NCBI GenBank assembly: GCA_020536535.1
Contig: JAHLWZ010000957.1
Location: 1-38,262, forward strand
Direction of reading: 5' to 3'
Origin: Pelomyxa schiedti
Taxonomy: Eukaryota; Protista; Evosea
Length of the DNA: 38,262 nt
Shown here one piece after another: positions 1 to 12,333 of this stretch. Position numbers and translations under genes: made by a program. The notes beneath the pieces are model-generated. The model saw only the letters and a program-made list of their open reading frames with translations, ran no database searches and was not told where the DNA came from. Numbering within the stretch: position 1 is the first letter of the stretch; the number at the start of each line of letters is the position of its first letter.

Positions 1-1329
1 GAAGGATGAAATTTAAACACTCACCCTCCAAAGGTATCTCTGCAAAAACAGACTTCGACCAGTTGTGGGATTCCGGCCGATGAAATGTGTTGTGATGTTT
101 CTCGATCTTGTTGACTTTGTGAGTGATATTCATTTCCATCCCCATTCCGTTCCAGTTTTCATTGGTTGACTTGCTCCTCAGACGAAGAAGATGGATGAAT
201 ATGGTCCCCAAATCATCATCGAAGTCATTTCAACAATGTTTGAAGCCTTTTCGAACATTATAACTCAGAATTCGGGGACAATTGACAAGGTGCCTTTCCT
301 TTTCTCTCTCCTTGCACCCTCTTTGTCCCATCAAGGGAAACTCACCTGTTTTTTTGTTGCACAGTACATTGGAGATGCAATCATGGCACGTGTTCTCGCT
401 CTCAAGTTTTTTTTTTTTTTGCTGACGTTCGTACTCCTCAGGCTCTTTGGGGGTGTCCGGAACCACTTGCAGATCCGGAAATGCAAGCATGCATTGCTGT
501 GGATGAAATCCTGGAAGAAGTGTCCAAACTGAATGTGATCTTCACGAAGAAGTTCAATCTCCTCATGCAAGTCCGCATTGGGGTGAGCCACTCCCTTCTT
601 GCCTGTCTCTCTGCTTTAAATAAACCACCACTCTGCCAGGTCCACTTTGGAGAGGTGAGAGCCGGAAATGTCGGGTATCAATGCTTTTTCTGCTTTTCTC
701 CTCTCTTTCTGACAATTAATATGTGGGTGCAGATCGAGTCAGAGATTGAACTACACTGTGTTAGGTGTGTGTTTTTTAGTTGTGTCGTACAAACGAACTA
801 ATTCCTCTCCGTGAAAACAAAAAGGCAACACAGTGAACCTCGCATCAAGAATTGAGCCGTTGAACAAGGAACTCGGAACATCAGTTCTTGTCACAGACAG
901 CATCAGGGATGCTTGTTCCAAGTTGTTTTCATTCAGAGCTCTTGGTTACATTCAGGTGACCACCGCCAACCCCCAAAGTGAAGTGAATTCACTCACACTC
1001 ACATTGAAACAGGTCCGAGGATTCAAAGACTCAGTTCGTGTTCACGAATTCCTTGGATTCTCTGCCAAGTTTGATGCCCCAATCCATGATTTTCCAGCCA
1101 TTCTTCTCACATCTCTTTTTTTTTTCACAAATGCAGGCTTGACACCAAGACAATGGTCATGTTGGAACAATATTCGGTGATTGATGCTGCACTGTGCAAC
1201 AAATCAGAGAGGGAAAATGATGCTGCAATCGCCAATTTGTTCGAGGAATTCCTGGTCAAGAACCCAAAGGACAAGACTGTGACTCGTGCTCTGGAATTGT
1301 TGCTCAAATCGTGTGCAAAAAACATGTAA
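1..1329 (+). CDS. Class III adenylate cyclase, copy A (3' part only; gene begins left of the window; multi-exon)
   Basis: Spliced exons read ...VMFLDLVDF|TKKMDEYGPQIIIEVISTMFEAFSNIITQNSGTIDK|YIGDAIM|ALWGCPEP...QVRIG|VHFGEVRAGNVG|SSQRLNYTVLG|NTVNLASRIEPLNKELGTSVLVT... These carry both metal-binding Asp motifs and the N-x3-R motif of class III cyclases. Stop TAA at 1327-1329. Confidence 0.92.
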
Positions 1330-1879
1330 CCAACAAGTTCCAACAATTCCAGATAAATTTGTACTGTGTACTACAATGTTTTCCAACGCCTTGTACCTTT
1401 TTTTTTGGTTTCTGGCACAACTTCAGATCTACGGACAGTAGACAGTTTTGTGTGCAGGAAGCTCATAAGGCCACGAAAATCTGGGAAAACGCGTTTCGTT
1501 ACGAGTAACTACCTTTCCAAACGAACAGGATTCCGGAAAAGACACTTTTGATGATCACCAAAACGGCAATCAAACCGACAAACTACACTCTTTTTTCGGT
1601 TTGCTCACGCGACAGTGGTCCCAAAAAAAGCCAAGGGGACGCAATGTCGAAACTGTTCCCCAGCACATTGGGTTCTTACAAAACCAACACAGTTCACAAA
1701 AAGGAAGCAACAAGGTAACAAAGAAAAAATAATAAAACTCGAAAAGAACGGCAATGCTTCAGCACCACGTGCCAAGACCACACACAGGGAACAAAGTGGG
1801 GGACAGTGAAGGAAGCCCATCATTGCCCTCAGCACTCTCCAAACCCAAAAGAGGGCACCCGGAGCCAAAAGATGGCGCC

Positions 1880-4800
1880 ATGAGGCTCAACAGCAGCAGC
1901 GACTCATCGGAGGAGCAACAACCTGCAGGGAGTGACTTCCTGGACGTGATTGGAGTCAGAACTGGAAGCACACCGCTCAAGGACGAGGAAGGAAAACCGC
2001 GGAGGAGGAAGAGAACACTGAAGGGCTGTCTGCCGATCACATTGGTTGTTCCTGTCACCTCTGCCGTTTTGGTTTTCGTGTTGGTTGGTGCGTGCATCGT
2101 TCCCATGACGATGCAGTGGAATTCCTCGCTCACATCGGTCTCAGACGCTGCAAGATCTAACTTGCTGGAGGTGTGTTGATTCGGGCATGGGCTCCGCACT
2201 TTACTTTGTCCTGACTTTTTAAATCAGGAGTTGGAGCTGTACAAGAGGTCACTGGTGTTTCAGGCGGTTTCCAATGTCTCTTCGTTCATGAACCAACCTC
2301 CTTTGGTTGCAAGATTGGTTGAGGGTGGGCTTCCAGACTCTGCATACACAGACTCTGCACCACTGATGGAACACTACAGTGTTTTCCAACAGTTGTTCCG
2401 CCCCATCAATGTTGAATGGGTCAGTTTCAGCAACCTGGTAACTATTCGTTTCTCGCAATGCCCATTGATCTAAAAATACCACTGGTGTAGATGGTTGCCT
2501 TCCAAAATGCTTATGGTGACCACACATATTCAGAAGGATACAGAAGTGAGTGTCCAAGCAGCAAAAACATTTGCTCACAATCTCCCATAGGTGGTTGGTA
2601 TTCAATCTATGACAGTGATGTGAGCAACAATGTTTTAGTTCGGTATTATATCAACGGCACTGCAAGCAATATCACCAAGGATAGTTTCCCCTATAACTTG
2701 ACTGTGAGGTCATGGTGGTATGTTATCACTGTTACTAGTCACACTTCGAGTGACTTCCTCAGGATCACTGGACTTCAAGCTGACGGAGGACACTGGACCG
2801 ATGTGTACAAATCAATTGGCCCGGAAGGATATATCATTGCCTACACAAAGAGGGTGCTGGCAATCTCGGTTCCAGCAGTGATTCAGATCTCCATTACATT
2901 GGCATATCTGAAAGACTATTTCTTGTCGATGAGCCTCAGCCCAACTGGATCTGCTTACCTCAGTGACAGAACACTGCAGGTCCTTCACTTCGTTTTCCGT
3001 TCTTTTTTTCCCCATTCTGACTTGGGCCCACAGCTGATTGCAGCGAGTCCAGGACTCACCGTGCAATACACAAATGGCTCTGTTGTCAAGACACTGACGA
3101 GCCCGAATGAAACTGTGTCGGTGACAACAGCAGCTTGGTTGAACTTCACAAACGGTGAATACGCCGAAGCCCACTTCGTCGTTGACCTCCCGAGTGGGAA
3201 GTGCTACGCTGACATTGTTCCGGTCACGGCAGATGGTGGTCTCGTTTTGTGGCTGACTCTCGTCACCCCCGAACAGGTGTGACGCCATTGATGAAGGTAT
3301 CGCCGGTGAATCTAATATCTCGTGTCTGCCAGGATTTCCTTTCAAACATCACGAAGCAACAAGACAAGGCAATCAACGATGCGCAAGTTTCACTGTGGTC
3401 GGTTCTGGGTGTCGAGGTGTTCATCGGGTTGTCAGCAATCTGCTTGAGCATCTCTCTGGCTGTCATCCTTGCTTCGGCTCTGAGAAAGGTCACATCGAAG
3501 TTGCAAGCTGTTTCTGATGGAAGCTTCTCAAGGTTTGGAACTCGAACTCTCACTCAAGTAGCAGAGCCTCATAATTTTTTGCAGCAAAAACCAAGTGAGC
3601 AAAGCGTTGAAAACCAGTGCGATAAGGGAAATCGATCAGGTATGGGTAATTCAATGGGTCACAGGATACCGTCAAGTTAACATTCTTGTTCAGCTGAATG
3701 CTGAAGTTTGCACAATGCAAGGCACACTTGAGTCATTCAGCCAGTGAGCCCCCAATCCCTCTCCTTTGCCAAATAATTGACAACAACCTTTCAGGTACGT
3801 GCCAACACAAGTTGTGAGGTATCGTCATTCATTCCCATCCTCACAGCCACAGCAACACAAATGAATGAGCGGGAAGGATGAAATTTAAACACTCACCCTC
3901 CAAAGGTATCTCTGCAAAAACAGACTTCGACCAGTTGTGGGATTCCGGCCGATGAAATGTGTTGTGATGTTTCTCGATCTTGTTGACTTTGTGTGTGATA
4001 TTCATTTCCATCCCCATTCCGTTCCAGTTTTCATTGGTTGACTTGCTCTTCAGACGAAGAAGATGGATGAATATGGTCCCCAAATCATCATCGAAGTCAT
4101 TTCGACAATGTTTGAAGCCTTTTCGAACATAATAACTCAGAATTCGGGGACAATTGACAAGGTGCCTTTCCTTTCTCCTTGCACCCTCTTTGCCCATCAA
4201 GGGAAACTCACCTGTTTTTTTGTTGCACAGTATATTGGAGATGCAATCATGGCACGTGTTCCGGCTCTCAAGTTTTTTTTTTTTTTGCTGACGTTCGTAC
4301 TCCTCAGGCTCTTTGGGGGTGTCCGGAACCACTTGCAGATCCGGAAATGCAAGCATGCATTGCTGTGGATGAAATCCTGGAGGAAGTGTCCAAATTGAAT
4401 GTGATCTTCACGAAGAAGTTCAATCTCCTCATGCAAGTCCGCATTGGGGTGAGCCACTCCCTTCTTGCCTGTCTCTGCTTTAAATAAAACACCACTCTTC
4501 CAGGTCCACTTTGGAGAGGTGAGAGCCGGAAATGTCGGGTATCAATGCTTTTTCTGCTTTTCTTCTCTCTTTCTGACAATTAATATGTGGGTGCAGATCG
4601 AGTCAGAGATTGAACTACACTGTGTTAGGTGCGCGTTTTTTTTGCCAGTTTTGTGTTTTGTGTCGTACAAACGAACCAATTAATTCTCATCCGTGAAAAC
4701 AAAAAGGCAACACAGTGAACCTCGCATCAAGAATTGAGCCGTTGAACAAGGAACTCGGAACATCAGTTCTTGTCACAGACAGCATCAGGGATGCTTGTTC

Positions 4801-5189
4801 CAAGTTGTTTTCATTCAGAGCTCTTGGTTACATTCAGGTGACCACCGCCAACCCCCAAAGTGAAGTGAATTCGCGCACTCACATTGAAAAAGGTTCGAGG
4901 CTTCAAAGACCCAGTTCTTGTTCACGAATTTCTTGGATCCTCGGCCAAGTTTGATGCCTCAAAGCCCTACTTTTTCCTCCTCACACTCTCACACAGGGTG
5001 AACAGCAAGACAATGGTCATGTTGGAACAATATTCGGCGATTGATGCTGCACTGTGCAACAAATCAGAGAGGCAAAATGATGCTGCAATCGCCAATTTGT
5101 TTGAGGAATTCCTGGTCAACAATCCAAAGGACAAGACTGTGACTCGTGCTCTGGAATTGTTGCTCAAATCGTCTGCAAAAAACATGTAA
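1880..5189 (+). CDS. Receptor-type class III adenylate cyclase, copy B (TM - extracellular Cache-like sensor - TM - HAMP-like linker - cyclase); about 17 exons
   Basis: Probable ATG at 1880 (an in-frame ATG at 1754 is an alternative). Hydrophobic helices at ~2035-2105 (LPITLVVPVTSAVLVFVLVGACIV) and ~3390-3480 (LWSVLGVEVFIGLSAICLSISLAVIL). The loop between them has Cache-like motifs (PYNLTVRSW, GHWTDVY, SPTGSAYLSD). Then SFSQYVPTQVV and the same cyclase core as copy A. Stop at 5187-5189. Confidence 0.88.
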
Positions 5190-5200
5190 CCAACAAATTG
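3873..5200 (+). repeat. Direct repeat of 1-~1340 (tandem gene duplication, offset ~3872 nt)
   Basis: Position 1 (gaaggatgaaatttaaacactcaccc...) recurs at 3873. Exons and most introns are nearly identical until just past the stop codon. Confidence 0.97.
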
Positions 5201-5300
5201 CAAACTTGTGCACAAGCGGTTTATTTATTGCCGATCTTTGTCTTCTATTCACAAAAGTGGGCGAGTGCGAGATGGAACGAACGGACAAGTCCTTAATTCG

Positions 5301-7110
5301 TCAATATAAGCAGCATCCTCGGCAAAGTTCCTCGAATTGATCGCAAGCGGGCACGCACAGCCACAAGTTGGGAAAAGAATTCCAGAGGTGACTGCTCAAA
5401 TCATACAAATCCGGGCTCGAGTGCACCATCTCCGTCAACACGTTGTAATGCAAACTCCACCACTGAATGCGTGATTCAGTTGTGGTAGGAATATCTGCTG
5501 CGACGAATTCCAACTTGAAGTCTGATCGACCCTGGAATCTGAGGAATTGAAAACAAATCAGCACGAGTAGCTTGACACACAGTGGGGGAAAAAACCTATC
5601 ATAGATGGTCATCAGTGGACCCCAGGATGTGGCCCCTGGAAGGTATCTGAACATGACGATGTAATGATGATTTGGTAGCCTAGAGATTGCTTGGCTCAGA
5701 ATGCGCCAAACCGTTTCTTCGTCAACATCGAACATCCTTTTTTTTTTTTTTTGTTTTGTTTTGTTTTTGTTCGTGCTTTGGTAATTTGGAGGCAGTGGTA
5801 CCACGCGGAAATGCTTCCGAGGATTCTCTTGGCCGGTTCCTTGTTAACTATAAATATCGGCACGCCGTTGGTCTCGTCGACTAACAAAGTTGGGGGATCA
5901 GCGGGAATCCAAACACTGGAATTTGTATTGGGGGCAGAAGTTATGGCTGTGCATGCATTTGAATATGCTGTTGCGGATGTGGAGGTGGATGTTGTTGTTG
6001 GGGGAAAGTACTGCAGTTTGGAAGGAGCGGGTATTGTGGGTTGTGTGCAGCACCAGACAGGAGGAGGTAATGTGAGTGGTATTGTCCAGTGGTCAGGAGC
6101 AGTGGCTGGCGTCCCTGCTGTCTCTTTTTTTTTTTTTTTTACTTTTGAATAGGAGTTGTGTGAAATTACTTAGAATGTATCTTGATGCAATCCAGGTATC
6201 GGTCTCTCTTTGATAGAACATCATTCGGAGTTTCAATGACCCAGTGAATTTTCGTTTTTTACTTGGATTCGTTGTTTCGTTGACAAAGCGGACTGGAGTA
6301 GGTACACACTGAACAAGCTCTTGGTAGAAGAAAAAACCCAGGAATAGGAATGAGCATGAAATACATGTACCACCCTTAAAAAAAAACTACAGGCAAGTAA
6401 CTTCTCCTTTACTACATTCCTAACCCTCTCCCTCTAGATAGTTTTGTATAGTTATCGAACCTGTTCCCAGCCAAAAGCCACCTTCCAGATGGACATAAAT
6501 ATTGACACCCGGTGGAGGATGAATATTACATTCAAACACTCCCGACTCGATCTGGACCACTACCGGCTGTGACCAGTAGCATCCTCCTTCAACCCCGGGA
6601 GCCTGCCTGATTTCCAGGGCACTTATCTGCTTCTTCACGCCCAGTGCCGCGCAATCTGTGTCCTCATAGAAAGCCCTCCTCCTGAAGTCTGGAACACACC
6701 CCACTGGCAGAGAAATAAGCTTCAGAGTCTGATCTCCCAGACGAGGGGAAACTTTCATTGTCTGGTTCACCCTGACACACATGGACTTTAGCACATCAGT
6801 TATTCCCATGGTAGACAACGACTTGTTCAACTTGTGGGGAATAACTTCTGGCGTCTTAGGAACAACTACAGCAAGGGTTGCCTCAAGTGTTTCCTTTTTT
6901 TTTTCCTTCTCTCTGGCTTTCCAACTTGAAAGGGGAGCCCCAACTTGGTGATACCACTTGCCTGTTCTATTTTCAGGTGTGACCTGGCCTGTTGTGTGCT
7001 CTTCCTTTTTTTACATGTGCCAACCAAGTGGAGTCCAGTCACGTTCTCCTTGAACCAGAGATCAGATGGGAATCAAATCGGAAAGCAGAACGACCTGAAA
7101 GCACAGGGCA
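5301..7110 (-). CDS. Hypothetical multi-exon protein, no family recognised (5' end uncertain)
   Basis: Open exons at ~6430-6895 (ETLEATLAVVVPK...NYLEGE), ~5802-6120 (GTPATAPDHW...ILGSISAW) and 5301-5736 (MFDVDEETVW...CRGCCLY*). Intron 5737-5801 (GT..AAG) joins W|MFDV in frame. Confidence 0.55.
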
Positions 7111-7357
7111 TCCTGCACTCCTGTGAGTTCACCACCACAATCAAATTGGGAAAGGTGGGAATAAAAAAGAAATAACGGGTGGTGCCCCAAGAATTTTTTT
7201 TTTATTTTAATTTTTTTGTTATACAGAACCCAGATTACACCTGCTTTCACAGCAGCCTCATTTTGTGAGGGACTAGGACCCAGGACAATTTTTACCACAC
7301 CACATTCTTGTTTGTTTTTATTGTGGGGGCTGGTGAGTGGTGCCTCCTGGAGAATTG

Positions 7358-9502
<2,145 letters not shown>

Positions 9503-10315
9503 TTGTTTGTGAGAGTTATACCACGTGCACACCCGTAGAGACTCTGTTTATTTGTGCATATGGAGAAAAAGGGAAAAAAAAAGAGAGATCTTCATGAGCT
9601 CAGGGAAATTAATTAACGAGTTCGCACTTAATTAAACTGTAGTGCTGCCTATTTTTCTTTCCTTGTTGTTTCTTTTTGTTTTTTCCTCGCAATTAAACGT
9701 AATTGCTCGGGTAACGGTGATGTCGTAAAAATAGAAAATACTTAGGAGGAATTCTACCGTTAGAATAGAAAACCCAGCTCCGTTGGGCCGAGAATGGAAA
9801 TTTTCACAGACTCTTGTGGGGGTGGTGCTGGTATCAATGTTGGTGATTCTGGAGTTCCAACCAAGTCAACACTCCTTGTTCTTTCCCTTTCCTTGGGCTG
9901 AGCACCCTCTTCTGCCAAATGAGTGTTGACACAAACCACAGTTTATTACACCGGGATATTGCTCCCAGATTCACGTGGGCCTGCAGGAAAACCATTAGTT
10001 AATCATCTTGATCCAACATTGTATGAAGATTGCATCCACGAAGCAAAGTGACAATTGTCATCATTTCAGACTTCACAACCAGTGATGCCGCTCACACCAC
10101 TACGAGGGACCACGGCGTTGTCCAACAACCGACATGTACTCACTCATTCTCAATTGCGTTTGCAGCACTTCGCCGCAGTCGTCTGAAAAGGAACTTTCGA
10201 CGGTGCGCTACTGGAAGGAGCACAGTAAGGAGTCTAAAGCTGAAAACGATGGAAGAAAAAAGTAACGTTGGAATGAAACGAGAGTTCTTTTTTCGTTAAA
10301 TATGACTTCGGGTGT

Positions 10316-11985
10316 TCAGTGACCAAGGATGGTGGCAATTTCGTCGATGATGCGCATGCAAACGTCGACATCGGACTTGGGGGTGGTGAGGGCAGGGCGG
10401 AATCGAATGGACCTGGATCCGCAGGCAAGGATGACCATTTCTGAGAGAAACCGGTTAGTGCGAAACCAACCATAGGGTGTTTGTTTGTAGAGAGCGAGAA
10501 ATACTCTTGTCCATGGCAATGCTTCTGAACTTGTTGCGCAACTCGGCATTTGGAAGGTCAAAGGCAATCATGAGACCCTTGCCCCTCACGTTGGAGATGA
10601 CGGTTGGGTGGGCAGCTTGAATGGCTTGAAGCTTGGTAAGTGCGTAGGCACCGACTTCGGCGGCATTGTGAACCAGATTCTCCTCCTCAATGATCTCCAA
10701 GATCTTCTGGGAGCGAACCATGTCAGTAAGGCTTCCACCCCATGTGGAGTTGATGCGAGACGGGAGGTGGAAGACGTTGTCCTTCACGCTATCAATTCGG
10801 CCTGTGCACATGAAGCCACAAATTTGTGTCTTTTTGCCGAAGCAGACCATGTCGGGAACAACGCCAAGGTGTTGGAAGGCCCATGTCTTTCCTGAGTAAC
10901 GACGTCAGATAATACCAAACGAAACTGCGAAGCTATACCGGTGAGCCCACAACCGCACTGGACTTCATCGAAGATGAGCATGGTCTCGTACTTAAGAGTC
11001 AAGGCGCGGAGTGCTTGCATAAACTCTGGGCGGAAGTGGTTATCGCCTCCCTCACCCTGAATAGTTTCGATGATAACTGCGGCAATGTCATCGCCATCAG
11101 CTGCAAGGTAGGCCTCAGCAAGGGTAAGAGCCCTCTTCTCTACTCAATTGTAAAAAGTTGAACCATTGAAGGATATTGTGCACACCAGCTTCGATGGTGC
11201 GAGCAAGGTTTTCACCCTCAAGAGGGAAGATGCAAGCAGGGGACTCAATTCTTGGCCAATCCATCTTAGGGAAGTTCATAACCTTAATGGGGTCTGTGTT
11301 GGTGGTGCACATGGTGTAACCAGAGCGTCCGTGGAAAGCACTCTTGAAGTGCATTATCTTGTTGCCTTTGCCTGGTTTGCCCTAAAAAGAATAAGAACGA
11401 AAAGAAGTTAAGTGAATCCTACAGCAGCCTGGTTTGTCCTGATCTTCCAATCGAAAGCAGCCTTCATGGCATTCTCTACTGCAAGGGCTCCACCGCTAAT
11501 GAAGAAAACATGGGAGAACTCGGGTGGCATAAGTACACGCTCAAATGTGGCAACAAATTGAGCCTGGAAGGGTTGGCCTTAATCTCCAAGACGCAAGATA
11601 GCGAACAAACCATTTCAACGGAGTAAATGTCGGAGTTGGATGGGTTCTGAAGAGCCACCCTTGTGATTTTTTCAACGAATGCTGGGTCCCTCATCTTTGG
11701 GTGATTGTGGCCCACAGCCCATGAGGCGAAGTAAGAAAACACATCCAACAACTCAACTCCTGTGCGGCTATCCCACAGCCAATTACCGTGTGATTTCTAT
11801 CATAAAAAAATAATAAGTCTCGTGCATGAATTGCACGAAGGTGGGAGGGGAAAAAAAAAAAAACGTACATCGAAGTCGACAACGAAGTCGAAACCGTCAG
11901 CCAACATCACTCGGCCGATCGTTTCGTGAACATTTGCGCTGGTGATGGCATCGACTTGGGCGCGTGTAAGTGGTACTCTTGCCAT
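10316..11985 (-). CDS. lat: L-lysine 6-aminotransferase (class III PLP-dependent aminotransferase, bacterial LAT type), about 7 exons
   Basis: Spliced product has MLADGFDFVVD, GHNHP, NPSNSDIYS, FFISGGALAVENAMKAAFDWK, AFHGRSGYT, IQGEGGDNHFRPEF, LIFDEVQCG, FGKK (PLP lysine), RINSTWGG, RGKGLMIAFD and SIRFRPAL. These match actinobacterial-type LAT signatures. Confidence 0.88.
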
Positions 11986-12148
11986 TGTTGTTTTTGTTAA
12001 GATCGTAGATCCGACGCGTGTTGCGGGAAGGGTTGTTGTTGGGGCTGTTTTTTTATGATTTGTTGTTTACCCCCAAAACCAGGCTTAAAACAATGGAGAA
12101 ACCGAAAATAGGAATCACAGTAGAACTGTACATTGTGGTTCCTTGCTT

Positions 12149-12180
12149 CTCGAAATTCGGCCGAAATCTCAAATTTCGAG
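12149..12180. promoter_or_regulatory. Inverted repeat with nested palindrome in the divergent lat/RasGEF intergenic region
   Basis: ctcgaaatt (12149-12157) and aatttcgag (12172-12180) are perfect reverse complements. ttcggccgaa (12156-12165) is itself a palindrome. The regulatory role is inferred from position only. Confidence 0.3.
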
Positions 12181-12333
12181 GGGTCTGAGCCTCAGTTCCA
12201 CCCTGACGGTGTCCCTCCATTTGTGCTCCAAAGTGGCCTCATGAAGCTGGGAGTTTTCGGAGAGACCAGTCCTGGAGTCTACCCCAACATCAAGTTAAAG
12301 TTTTTCATCAATCTACCGTTTGTATCGAGCACA

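Noticed and set aside
10316-11985. Bacterial contamination as the source of lat (and likewise the TerD and GH28 genes)
   Set aside because: All three carry spliceosomal introns and are contiguous with clearly eukaryotic genes such as the RasGEF.
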